Source: a bacterium (GTDB lineage Bacteria > Patescibacteriota > Minisyncoccia > Phycocordibacterales > JAKEFN01). From it: 44,323 bases of DNA. Of the stretch, positions 1 to 9,192 are shown piece after piece. The notes under the pieces are model-generated. The model saw nothing but the letters and a program-made list of their open reading frames with translations. It was not told where the DNA came from and searched no databases. Made by a program: the position numbers and the translations under genes. The number at the start of each line of letters is the position of its first letter. Within the stretch, counting starts at the first letter, position 1. The stretch covers positions 1-44,323 of the forward strand of contig JAKEFN010000096.1 of the NCBI GenBank assembly GCA_022616085.1, in the 5' to 3' direction.

Positions 1-99
1 AAAGCGAAGAATATTGTTGATATTTTGAGTCTTTCCGAGCCGCCGTTTGCAGCCCGCAACATGAATTCGCAGTAGTCAAGAGTTTTTGAACATGCTCTA
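1..99. repeat. Left copy of a ~99-bp inverted repeat; the partner is the last ~100 bp of the window
   Basis: Bases 1-99 read as the reverse complement of 44224-44321, apart from one apparent 1-nt indel (gagtctttcc vs gagctttcc). The repeat runs off the window edge, so its full length is unknown. Confidence 0.85.
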
Positions 100-121
100 A
101 ACAATCACTTATAAAACATAT

Positions 122-146
122 AAAAAAACGCCCGGGAGTCGGGCGT
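122..146 (-). terminator. Rho-independent terminator downstream of the PrpD-like gene
   Basis: On the minus strand, stem acgcccg / cgggcgt is followed by a T-run, directly after the stop at 147. Confidence 0.7.
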
Positions 147-1571
147 TTATGAACCAACAAAAATATCCATGAATTGCGGCACCGGAAGGGCGTCAAATCT
201 CTCCAGATCGTCAAAAAGTTCCAAAATTTTCTCCCTATGTCTGGAGGTGAAAAGCTTGTATTCGGATTCGGCTAGGTTTCGCGTAAACTTTTCCCGAATA
301 AGCGGGAGCGCTTCCTCGCGCCTCCGAGGATGGCCGAGCGGGAACTCTATCGCGATCTTTTTTGTCTGTTTCGGCTTCTTTTCAACAGTCGAATTTTTGA
401 AAAAGACCTGCACGGAGCTTCCGACCGAGCGAAGCGCCGGATCGTAATAATTGCGCGTAAACGCGTCATTCACCCGCACTTCCATTTTTGTGCGAAGTTC
501 GTCAATCCGCGAATCTTTTGCGGCATCATTCTCGTAATCTTCCGAAACAATGCCCCCCTTCAAGAGCGCGACCGCCACCGCATATTGAAGGCAGTGATCG
601 CGATCCGCGGGATTCTTGAGCGGGCCGGACTTATTAATAATCCGCCATGCCGGCTCTTGTGTTTCAATAACTATCCTCCTTATTTCCGGTATGCGATCAA
701 TAACTTCCGGACGAATCTTTATTGCCGCTTCCACCGCGGTTTGCGCGTGAAATTCCACAGGCGAGAGTTTGAACAGGATGTTTTCCATCACATACGATCC
801 ATATTGGAACCACTCCGGAAATTCAAACTCCTTCCCTCCCCAAAACACATCGTAAAATCCGTATGTAGGGGCGGTAAGTATTTTGGGATATCCGGGTTCG
901 CCGTGTAGAGATATAACCGCGAGCTCCACCGCTCGCTTCGCCGCATCTCCCGCGGCCCAGCATTTCCGCTGTCCTGTCTGCGGCGCATGCCGATATGCGC
1001 GAAGCGTTCCTCCGTCGCAAAAAACCTGCGAAATCACCGCGGCTATTCCCTCTTTGGAAAGTCCAAGGAGATGCGCCGAAACTGCGGCTGACGCGAGCTT
1101 CACAAGAATAACATGGTCAATGCCGCGCTTATTAAAGCTGTTTAGGAGCGCCATGCCGCCTTGAATATCATACGCTTTGATGAGCATGGTCAAAACATCC
1201 CGCATGGTTAACTTTACCCCGCACCGAGAAAGATAGCTAGCGACCGAAAGAATCGCGCCAAGGTTGTCGGACGGATGCCCCCATTCGGCTGCAAGCCATG
1301 TATCATTGTAATCAAGCCATCGGATTATTACCCCGAAAATGAATGCGCTAGAGGCGGTATCGATCTCAAACAGAGCTTCATCTATCGTGAGTGCGCGCGA
1401 TATAATAAAAGATCGGCAGTTATCACCCGCTTTCATCGCGCACCCCATGGCATCCATGAGCGCAAGGCGTGCAGTGTCGTATGCCGCTTCGTTCTCTATC
1501 GGTGTTTCAGCTACATACGTCGCGATGTCTTGAATAACCTGATCATATTCTTCAAACTGAATTGGTGTCAT
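147..1571 (-). CDS. prpD: MmgE/PrpD family protein (2-methylcitrate dehydratase-like)
   Basis: A 474-aa ORF whose length and sequence pattern are typical of the MmgE/PrpD family (e.g. ALMDAMGCA, WLDYNDTW, GHPSD). It overlaps the upstream citrate-synthase-like gene by 20 nt. Confidence 0.85.
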   Translation of the reverse strand: MTPIQFEEYDQVIQDIATYVAETPIENEAAYDTARLALMDAMGCAMKAGDNCRSFIISRALTIDEALFEIDTASSAFIFGVIIRWLDYNDTWLAAEWGHPSDNLGAILSVASYLSRCGVKLTMRDVLTMLIKAYDIQGGMALLNSFNKRGIDHVILVKLASAAVSAHLLGLSKEGIAAVISQVFCDGGTLRAYRHAPQTGQRKCWAAGDAAKRAVELAVISLHGEPGYPKILTAPTYGFYDVFWGGKEFEFPEWFQYGSYVMENILFKLSPVEFHAQTAVEAAIKIRPEVIDRIPEIRRIVIETQEPAWRIINKSGPLKNPADRDHCLQYAVAVALLKGGIVSEDYENDAAKDSRIDELRTKMEVRVNDAFTRNYYDPALRSVGSSVQVFFKNSTVEKKPKQTKKIAIEFPLGHPRRREEALPLIREKFTRNLAESEYKLFTSRHREKILELFDDLERFDALPVPQFMDIFVGS

Positions 1572-2679
1572 GCAATACCTCGTCCGGTTGCGACCCGATG
1601 TAGCGCGCCATGGGACGAATCAGTGTATCGAGCTCGCGCTGTTCAATGATATGCGCGATAGCCCCTGGCAAACGCCCGATTTCAAAGAGCGCGGTGAAAA
1701 AATGCTGGTCAATGCCGAAAAGGTGATACACAATCGCGGTATAAAAATCCACGTTCGGATAAAGATGTTTTTCTGCAAACATCGTCATTTCGATTACTTC
1801 GGCAATCTTAAGCAACTCCGTGCACGAACGTTCTCTGCACAAACGCCACGCATCTTTTTTTATGATACCACTCCGCGGATCGCCATGCTTATACATGCGA
1901 TGGCCGAATCCGGGGATTTTCTTTTTCTGGACAAGCATATTTTGGATGCCAATGAACGCATCTGCCAAATTCCCAAATGATAAAATAAGATCAAGCGAAT
2001 CCTCGCTCGCTTTGCCGTGAAGCGGCCCGTAGAGCGTGCAAATACCCGCGCAGATTGCCGAATATATGTCGACGCGCGTGCTTGCGCATACCCGTGTCGC
2101 AAATGTGGATGCATTGAGGTCGTGATCGCCATACCCGATAAGAGAACGGCCCATGGCGGCCGCATCCGTGCCCTCCCCGACCATACGGAGCGCATGTGCG
2201 GCAATACTCTCGGGCTTGTCGCCTTTTGGTTCTTTCCGCAATAGCTCTCCCAAAACCGCATTCCTGAAAAATCCAAGCATCGCGGGAAGAGCGCCCAAGA
2301 GCGTCGCGCCGATTTTACGCGCGCTTCGAGCTGACGGCGATTGCTCCGGAAACGCAATACCTTGCGCGGTTACGCCCACCTTAAGAACATCCATCGGGTG
2401 GGTCGTGCGCGGAAGCGATCCGATCGCCTGTTTTACGATTGTGTGGAGTTTCCTGCCACCCGCGACCCGCCGCATGAATTCCCGCTCTTCGGTATCATCC
2501 GGCAATTTTCCATACATGAGCAGATATGCAACCTGATCGTATGAGCAGTCCCTTACAAGCTTATCCAACGGGAAACCACGGTATATTAGGCCTTTTTCAT
2601 GTCCAACGCACGAAACCGCAGTCTCGCACACAACGACCCCCTCAAGCCCGGGAACGATAGGTAATTCGGTCTTTTTCAT
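1552..2679 (-). CDS. Citrate synthase family protein (citrate or 2-methylcitrate synthase)
   Basis: A 375-aa ORF with the citrate synthase signature GFGHRMYKHGDPRS. A GGAGG RBS lies 8 nt upstream of the ATG. Confidence 0.9.
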   Translation of the reverse strand: MKKTELPIVPGLEGVVVCETAVSCVGHEKGLIYRGFPLDKLVRDCSYDQVAYLLMYGKLPDDTEEREFMRRVAGGRKLHTIVKQAIGSLPRTTHPMDVLKVGVTAQGIAFPEQSPSARSARKIGATLLGALPAMLGFFRNAVLGELLRKEPKGDKPESIAAHALRMVGEGTDAAAMGRSLIGYGDHDLNASTFATRVCASTRVDIYSAICAGICTLYGPLHGKASEDSLDLILSFGNLADAFIGIQNMLVQKKKIPGFGHRMYKHGDPRSGIIKKDAWRLCRERSCTELLKIAEVIEMTMFAEKHLYPNVDFYTAIVYHLFGIDQHFFTALFEIGRLPGAIAHIIEQRELDTLIRPMARYIGSQPDEVLHDTNSV

Positions 2680-2826
2680 CTCTTATAACCTCCAAAAACT
2701 TTTCAAAAAGCTCTTTTGTGCGGCAAAAGCCGCCACCTGCTCTCATATCACCATAGAAACACAAAAAAAGAAAGACCTTGCCTTTTCTTTCCTCCTTCCC
2801 TCAATAGCGCGATTAAAAAAGAGCCA

Positions 2827-3879
2827 CTACCGCAAATATTTCCTTTTATTTTCTTTATGCTCCTCAAAATTGACCGCGTAATGCATATTCCCTTCCATAT
2901 CAGAGAGGTAAAAAAGATATTCGGATGGTTCGGGGTCAAATGCGGCGAGAATGGAATCAAGCCCGGGGTTCGCAATCGGCCCGACGGGAAGCCCTTTATA
3001 CTTATAGGTATTATAGGGGTTCGCAACGGCAAGATCGTCATAGGTGAGATCAAAAGTGCTCTTGCCGTTGATATAAAGAAACACCGCGTCAACCTGAAGC
3101 GGCATCCCCAATTCAAGCCTGTGCCAAAGTATGCCCGCTATCACGCGCTTGCTTTCGAATGTCCGCGCCTCCTTCTCAAGGATCGAAGCGAGTATGATAA
3201 TATCTGAAAGATTTTTGCCGCTCGCCTCGATAGTCTTTTTGAGTGGGTCGATGCGATCATAAAAGTTCCGATTCATCCGCGAAATTATATCGTAGACCGA
3301 TGCGGTCGGAAGAAAAAAATAAGTGTCCGGGAACAAATAACCTTCCTTGTCATGCGCGAGCGCAAAAAATTCATTTCGATTGAATGAAGGAAGCTTGCGG
3401 CTCAAAATATCTGCGATGTCCCATTTCGTCGCCCCTTCGGGAACGGTAACGCGGATTGCGGGAATGCCGCTCTCACCCGACAAAATACGATCTGAAACGG
3501 AAAAAAGCCATGTCGGCGTTCCAAAAAAATAATCGGTGGCAACGACGCCCGCCTCTCCGCGGAGCGACATAACGAGAAATCGAAGCGCGAATGGAGAGCG
3601 AATAATGCCCTCCTCTGCAAGAATATCCGCGGCATCGACAAGAGTCGCCCCTTCGGGAATCCGGACTATCGCGCCGGATGGAAAATCACGCGGCGGAGAA
3701 AAAGCGATATAAAAAAGCCCTGCGGCAAGGGCAAAAATGCCGAACGCCATTGTTGCTCTTTTCTGAAATATTCTATCAAGCAAAATTTTCTGAACATTCG
3801 CATCCGTATTTTTTAAAAAAACCGACAACGATTCGGCGAAGTGGATGTATTTTTCTTTTTTAGGAGGCATTCTTTCCAT
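2827..3879 (-). CDS. mltG: Endolytic murein transglycosylase MltG (YceG-like)
   Basis: A 350-aa ORF with an N-terminal TM helix and the YceG-type C-terminal pattern (LASILEKEA, NPYNTYKYKGLPVGPIANPG). Confidence 0.9.
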   Translation of the reverse strand: MERMPPKKEKYIHFAESLSVFLKNTDANVQKILLDRIFQKRATMAFGIFALAAGLFYIAFSPPRDFPSGAIVRIPEGATLVDAADILAEEGIIRSPFALRFLVMSLRGEAGVVATDYFFGTPTWLFSVSDRILSGESGIPAIRVTVPEGATKWDIADILSRKLPSFNRNEFFALAHDKEGYLFPDTYFFLPTASVYDIISRMNRNFYDRIDPLKKTIEASGKNLSDIIILASILEKEARTFESKRVIAGILWHRLELGMPLQVDAVFLYINGKSTFDLTYDDLAVANPYNTYKYKGLPVGPIANPGLDSILAAFDPEPSEYLFYLSDMEGNMHYAVNFEEHKENKRKYLR

Positions 3880-3882
3880 ATT

Positions 3883-5166
3883 TTAGCGCGGAAGGTTAAA
3901 CGGCGGCTCCGATTTCTTGGTTTCGATGCGGGCGAACGAAGGAGTCGTTACTGCGCTTGAAGGGAAGTGAAAAATAGTCGCAAGCTCCTCGGTATTGAGG
4001 ATTATAGGCGTTCGTGAATACGGCGCATGAAAATAGCTCCGCCGCCGGTATGCATCAATCATTTTACGCTTCTTAATGTTCGCGCGTATACCATTGAAAT
4101 CCTGCCACGGGTAATCGAAATCCGTCTCGCGGGTGAATTTGAACGCATTGAGGTCCATGGAACCGAATTGCTTGAATATATTCATAACACCAATAATGTT
4201 TTGGGATCGAAATGCGTGCGTCTTCGAGATATACATGACGCGGATACCGACATCAAAGCCGAGCTTCGAGATGCTCCGTTCGATGGCGTTAATCGTCTCC
4301 ATCTCCCCTTTCGTAAGGCGCCTATTCTCCACATCGGGCGGTATGGCGAGTTTTTGGACAAGCGCCTGGCCTTCCTCCCGCCAGTCAGTCGGTTTGCTGA
4401 AAAAAATTCCCTTGCGGGACGGCTTCGTCGCACGAAACATGATTTGAATCCAAAACTGCTCGTCTTTGCGTATAGAACCCAAAAACTCAATCACCGAAGC
4501 AAGCGGATCTATATATTGCTCCCTCTCCCTTATCTCGCCGCGATCCATGCCGTAATCGATATAGGTCCTAATGGGATAACAGTCCGGTTTGGTGAATTTA
4601 TACTCTGACCCCCACAGACCCCACTCTTCCCCTCCGGGATAGCCGTATGAGACATATTTCGTATAATCCGGAACTTCATGGATTTCGATAGTCGGAAACT
4701 GCGCATAAATATGAGACTCCACCCAGTTTTTGAATTCAGTCCGCGTCCAGATAAAATAATGCACCGTTCCTTCGATGGAAACCATCTCAAAAGAAAACCA
4801 TGTGCGCACCCTCCCTTGAACGCTCCGTTTGACCCAGGTGGATTCGCCGCTTGTGTTATGAAGCCCCGAAAGGACGATCTCCATGGCGAGCGGAGATTTT
4901 TCAACTTCCCGCGGCACCTTGAGTTCAAGCAGCGTATACGGCGTTGTGTGGATGAAGCGCGATCTGATATATCGCACCCAGGTATCCCAAAGCATCGCGC
5001 CGAGAATTATGGGGAGCCAGTACGGCGCGGTATAGGCGAACACGCGAAATATCTGGTTAACCGCATCTCCGTAGTATGCGCCGAGAAACGCATACAAACC
5101 GAAGCCGACAAGTATAAGCAAAATAATAAGCCCCAATACTGTCAAAATATCTTCAAGGATAGGCAT
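3883..5166 (-). CDS. Hypothetical membrane protein (two N-terminal TM helices, large soluble C-terminal part)
   Basis: The long ORF is 3883..5265. The start at M34 (MPILEDIL) is preferred because TGGTATAAT sits 7 nt upstream of that ATG. I do not recognise a family with confidence. Confidence 0.75.
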   Translation of the reverse strand: MPILEDILTVLGLIILLILVGFGLYAFLGAYYGDAVNQIFRVFAYTAPYWLPIILGAMLWDTWVRYIRSRFIHTTPYTLLELKVPREVEKSPLAMEIVLSGLHNTSGESTWVKRSVQGRVRTWFSFEMVSIEGTVHYFIWTRTEFKNWVESHIYAQFPTIEIHEVPDYTKYVSYGYPGGEEWGLWGSEYKFTKPDCYPIRTYIDYGMDRGEIREREQYIDPLASVIEFLGSIRKDEQFWIQIMFRATKPSRKGIFFSKPTDWREEGQALVQKLAIPPDVENRRLTKGEMETINAIERSISKLGFDVGIRVMYISKTHAFRSQNIIGVMNIFKQFGSMDLNAFKFTRETDFDYPWQDFNGIRANIKKRKMIDAYRRRSYFHAPYSRTPIILNTEELATIFHFPSSAVTTPSFARIETKKSEPPFNLPR

Positions 5167-5173
5167 GATTGTA

Positions 5174-5182
5174 ATTATACCA
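5174..5182 (-). promoter_or_regulatory. Extended -10 box (TGGTATAAT) 7 nt upstream of the ATG at 5166; leaderless-type promoter
   Basis: The minus strand reads tggtataat-tacaatc-ATG. Confidence 0.35.
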
Positions 5183-5239
5183 CCAATATTGTTGATCAAA
5201 AGGCTGTATAACTCTGTATAACTATACTGTGCTTCGCAT

Positions 5240-5356
5240 AAACAAACGCAAAACGCAAAGCGCAAAACTCAAAAAAATAACACAAACCACAAAAGCATCC
5301 GCGTTTTTGGTTTTAAGATGAAGATTTGCGTTTTGAGTTTTGACTTTTGAGTTTGC
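5240..5356. repeat. A-rich imperfect hairpin element of the CAAAACTCAAAA family
   Basis: Intergenic. caaaacgcaaa pairs with tttgcgttttg. The right arm (about 5331-5356) is the reverse complement of a 24-nt string found inside topA (41456-41484). Confidence 0.6.
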
Positions 5357-5357
5357 T

Positions 5358-6395
5358 CTACCGCGCCGCCATATATCGCCCGTCTTTCCCTTTTTTGAAA
5401 TGCCGCCCGTTTTGAAGATTCACGAGAATCGTATTTTCTTTCACATACCGTTCTTTCAAAACGCGGTTGATGAGCTCGTCCTTATCAAGGGGGCCGCTTT
5501 TTTTCAAAATGTCCCGTATGACATCGCGCACGACGCCGCTCGAATATCCCCACTCGGTGAGAACATAAAGCCCGCGCCCGACAAGGACAAAGCGGCTGTC
5601 TTTGATAAGCTCGTTATGGCAGGTCGCCACATGCGCTTTCTTTCCAAAAAGCTCGGTAATCGATTTCGCCACTTCGGTAAAGTGCATGGGGGAGCCGTGC
5701 CGCCTGATGACAAGATACGCATAGTCGCGCATGCCGCGGGCGTTTACATTCGGACTGCTCGCATGCCCCCACTCCCCGAGTTTGTTTCTTCCAATCATCT
5801 TTGAAATAGCGAGCCACCGGCGAAGCGTCTCGTCGTTCTCTTTGTGGCGTTCGTCCACGGAACCGAGGTGTCCGCGAAACATTTTGATGAATTCCTGATC
5901 CGGAATAAGCGTTTCGGCATCCAAAGAAACGGCGAGCCGGCGAAGCGCCGCATAGACGTTTTGCGCAACCGCGTCATCCACGCTCCAACGATGCACGAAT
6001 TCGTCGTCCTCTTTATAACGGGAGAAAGAGTCTCCCAAGACCAGGAGGAAATACAGCTGGTTCTGCGTTTTCTTGCTATCGCTTAAATGAGAGAGAAGAT
6101 CTGCCTCTCCGACCACGGCGCCGAGCGATATAACCGTATCGTGGAGACCCTGAAGGCCGTCGTGCTCGTCTTCAAAGACGTCGGATCGCCGGATGGTATT
6201 GATCGCAAAATTCTCAATCTGGCGCACGCGCTCCCGCGTTATGCCATACTCATCCCCAATGGCCTCAAGCGTCATCTTTTGAGCCTCGTCATCAAGGCCA
6301 AAGCGCCGCACCACAATAGTCTGTGTGCGTTCCGGCAGGACTGAAAGGAATTTCTTTACAACCCCCTCGGGTTTGTTAAAAGGTTTCGTAGACAT
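5358..6395 (-). CDS. DNA-binding protein with an N-terminal sigma-70 region-4-like HTH and a C-terminal HARE-HTH-like domain
   Basis: MTLEAIGDEYGITRERVRQIE is a classic sigma region 4.2 HTH. The C-terminal part (MHFTEVAKSI...RFVLVGRGLYVLTEW) resembles the HARE-HTH/RpoE-delta N-domain. The ATG at M28 is preferred over the TTG at 6476. Confidence 0.8.
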   Translation of the reverse strand: MSTKPFNKPEGVVKKFLSVLPERTQTIVVRRFGLDDEAQKMTLEAIGDEYGITRERVRQIENFAINTIRRSDVFEDEHDGLQGLHDTVISLGAVVGEADLLSHLSDSKKTQNQLYFLLVLGDSFSRYKEDDEFVHRWSVDDAVAQNVYAALRRLAVSLDAETLIPDQEFIKMFRGHLGSVDERHKENDETLRRWLAISKMIGRNKLGEWGHASSPNVNARGMRDYAYLVIRRHGSPMHFTEVAKSITELFGKKAHVATCHNELIKDSRFVLVGRGLYVLTEWGYSSGVVRDVIRDILKKSGPLDKDELINRVLKERYVKENTILVNLQNGRHFKKGKDGRYMAAR

Positions 6396-6503
6396 ACTGA
6401 TTATGAATAAAAAGCTAATAAAACTATAGTTTATAACCTCATAGGAAAATCTAACACTATCCTTCTTTGCCGTCAAGAGATATCGGATATTCCCCCTACA
6501 GTA

Positions 6504-6665
6504 CTTTGAATTACGGAACTAAAGCCGTTACGAGAGTTTTTGGATTCGTGCGAGCCGAAACCGAACAATTTTTCGTTTAATGCCGTAGGTATTGCGAAAA
6601 ATTTTCGGGTTTGGCGTAGCCGAAGCCCAAAAAGTCGCAGTAGGACTTAGTTTCGTAATTCAAAG
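6504..6665. mobile_element. MITE-like palindromic element, copy 1 (162 bp)
   Basis: Terminal inverted repeats are ctttgaattacgGaactaa / ttagtttcgtaattcaaag, with a central ~50 nt identical to copy 2. It is flanked by the direct repeat tacagta (6497-6503 and 6666-6672). The leuS stop codon lies inside its right terminus. Confidence 0.85.
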
Positions 6666-9086
6666 TACAGTAACAATATTGAGGACTTTCCCGGGTATAT
6701 AGATAGTCTTCTTTACTTTTCCCGCGCCAACCCATTTTTTTATGCGTTCATCACGCAGCGCTTCTTCCAAAATCTCATTTTCTCTACTCGAAACTTGGGT
6801 GATAAGCGTGCCCCGCACCTTGCCATTCACCTGTATGGCGATAGTCTGCGCCTCGACGACGATTTTGTCCGCGTCATATAGAGGCCACGGCTCATGAAGA
6901 ATGGGGTGTTCATGGCCGAGCGACTCCCATATCTCTTCCGCGATGTGCGGCGCGAAGGGAGCAAGAAGCATCAAAAACGAAACGAAATAGTCAGTCGGAA
7001 TAGATCCTCGTTTCTCAAGCTCATTGCTAAAAATCATCATCTGCGAAATCGCCGTATTAAATCGCATCGCCTCAATGTCTTCCGAAACTTTTTTTATCGT
7101 CTGATGAAGAAGCGCTTCCAACTCTTTATCCGCCGTATCTGAAACTCCTTTATCAACTTTTTCGCGAAGCCCCCATACTTTTTCCAGAAAACGCCGCGGA
7201 CCAATAAGGCTATCTTCGCTCCAACCGATCGCCTGTTCAAATGGCCCCATAAACATTTCATACAAACGAAGCGTATCAGCTCCGTAGTGATCCACAATAT
7301 CGTCCGGATTGACAACGTTTCCTTTTGATTTGCTCATCTTGACCCCGCCTTCCGCGAGTATGAGTCCGTGTGATGTCCTCTTTGCGTAAGGTTCGGAGAC
7401 CGGCACTGCGCCAATATCAAACAAAAATTTATTCCAAAAACGCGAATAGAGGAGATGAAGCGTTGTGTGTTCCATTCCGCCGTTGTACCAGTCGACAGGC
7501 ATCCAATAATCAAGCTTTTCTTTATCCGCAAGCGCAGTCTTATTTTCTGTATCACAATACCGCAAAAAATACCATGACGATCCGGCCCAGTTCGGCATCA
7601 CATCCGTCTCGCGGCGAGCCGGACCGCCGCATTTCGGGCACGTTGTATTCACCCATTCGGCAATATTCGCAAGCGGCGACTCCCCGGTGTCGGTCGGCTC
7701 ATATTTTTGCACATCAGGGAGCACAACCGGCAGATCCTCTTCGGAAACCGGCGTCCAGCCACATTCCTTGCAAAAAATCATCGGTATGGGTTCTCCCCAA
7801 TAACGCTGGCGCGAAAAAACCCAATCGCGAAGTTTGTATGTCGTTTTTTGTTTTCCGCCGACAAATTCGATAATTTTCTTTTTCGCTTCTTCATTCGCCA
7901 TGCCATCAAATGCTCCTGATCCGACAAGATGCCCCGCCCCCGTGTAGGCATGATCGAGAACCGGACATGTTTTTTCCGGGTAATGAGGACACACAACCAT
8001 CTTTATCGGCAGATCATATTTTTTTGCAAACTCAAAATCCCGCTCGTCATGCGCGGGAACCGCCATGATGGCGCCGGTGCCGACATCGCCCAACACATAA
8101 TTGACAACCCACACCGGAATTTTTTCGCCGTTTGCAGGATTGACAGCAAAGATTCCCGCATCAACTCCTGTTTTTTCTTTTTCCTCGAAATCTCTCGCTC
8201 TGCGCGATGCAAATTCATTCGCCGCATACTTTTTCACCTCTTCGTTTGCCTGCCAGCCGATATCGAGCCATTTTTTTGCAAGATCGGGTGAAACTGCCAG
8301 AAACGTCGCGCCGAAAATAGTATCCGGCCTTGTGGTGAAGATTTTTACAGAATGTTTCCCGTCTTCCTGTCCTGGAATTCCCGAGAGCTTGAAATCAATT
8401 TCTGCACCATCGCTCTTCCCTATCCAATTTCTCTGCTGTGTTTTTATTTTCTCCAAATAATCCACGCTATCCAAATCTTTGAGCAGTCTGTCGGCGTATT
8501 TCGTGATTTTAAGCATCCATTGCTCTTTCTCGCGCTTCTCGGTCGCGCCGCCGCAACGCTCGCATTTCCCATCCACGACTTCTTCGTTCGCGAGGCCGAT
8601 TTTGCACGAAAAGCACCAGTTGATGGCTATTTTTGCCTTATACGCGAGTCCGTGTTTATACAATTGAAGAAAAATCCACTGGGTCCATATATAGTATGCG
8701 GGATCGCTTGTATTTATTTCGCGCGACCAGTCAAACGAGATGCCAAGCGCTTTGAGTTGGCGCCTGAAATTGTCGGTATTTTTTTTGGTAACCTCGCGGG
8801 GATGGATGCCCGTTTTGATGGCGTAGTTTTCGGTCGGAAGTCCGAATGCGTCCCAGCCTATGGGAAAAAGAACGTTATAGCCCTCGGCTCGGCGTTTCCG
8901 CGCTATCACATCCATTGCGGTATAGCTCCTCACGTGTCCGGCATGAATTCCGTCTCCTGATGGGTAGGGAAACTCAATAAGGCAATAATATTTTTTTTCA
9001 TTGCCGTCTTCCGCGCCGAATGAATTATCGCGCTCCCACCGCTCCTGCCACTTTTTTTCAATTTCTTTATGATCGTATTTCCGCAT
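6660..9086 (-). CDS. leuS: Leucyl-tRNA synthetase
   Basis: Class I aaRS with the HIGH-type motif (HAGH) and KMSKS, in typical LeuS architecture. The start at M14 (MRKYDHKEIEKKWQ) is preferred. The last codons and the TGA come from the MITE terminus. Confidence 0.95.
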   Translation of the reverse strand: MRKYDHKEIEKKWQERWERDNSFGAEDGNEKKYYCLIEFPYPSGDGIHAGHVRSYTAMDVIARKRRAEGYNVLFPIGWDAFGLPTENYAIKTGIHPREVTKKNTDNFRRQLKALGISFDWSREINTSDPAYYIWTQWIFLQLYKHGLAYKAKIAINWCFSCKIGLANEEVVDGKCERCGGATEKREKEQWMLKITKYADRLLKDLDSVDYLEKIKTQQRNWIGKSDGAEIDFKLSGIPGQEDGKHSVKIFTTRPDTIFGATFLAVSPDLAKKWLDIGWQANEEVKKYAANEFASRRARDFEEKEKTGVDAGIFAVNPANGEKIPVWVVNYVLGDVGTGAIMAVPAHDERDFEFAKKYDLPIKMVVCPHYPEKTCPVLDHAYTGAGHLVGSGAFDGMANEEAKKKIIEFVGGKQKTTYKLRDWVFSRQRYWGEPIPMIFCKECGWTPVSEEDLPVVLPDVQKYEPTDTGESPLANIAEWVNTTCPKCGGPARRETDVMPNWAGSSWYFLRYCDTENKTALADKEKLDYWMPVDWYNGGMEHTTLHLLYSRFWNKFLFDIGAVPVSEPYAKRTSHGLILAEGGVKMSKSKGNVVNPDDIVDHYGADTLRLYEMFMGPFEQAIGWSEDSLIGPRRFLEKVWGLREKVDKGVSDTADKELEALLHQTIKKVSEDIEAMRFNTAISQMMIFSNELEKRGSIPTDYFVSFLMLLAPFAPHIAEEIWESLGHEHPILHEPWPLYDADKIVVEAQTIAIQVNGKVRGTLITQVSSRENEILEEALRDERIKKWVGAGKVKKTIYIPGKVLNIVTVL

Positions 9087-9192
9087 AGATAGAAAGTTCT
9101 TGACAGTATACAAAATAGTATGCAAAACGCAAGCTTGCGTGCGCGCCTCTCCTGCGGTAGTTTAAAAAATAGTTTATGCGAAGGATTTAACT

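Noticed and set aside
3883-5265. N-terminal extensions of several track ORFs. Examples are 3883-5265, 5358-6476, 6660-9125, 19464-19871, 19843-21312, 22452-22946, 38787-40094, 40204-41103 and 43358-44179.
   Set aside because: The extensions translate to non-protein-like sequence, overlap neighbouring genes or repeats, or use TTG. Internal ATGs coincide with an RBS or -10 signal and with the conserved N-termini of the families.
6660-9125. An alternative genetic code (TGA sense, code 25/4), as used by some candidate phyla.
   Set aside because: leuS, gltX and others terminate at TGA at positions consistent with normal protein lengths. All housekeeping ORFs are full-length under the standard code.
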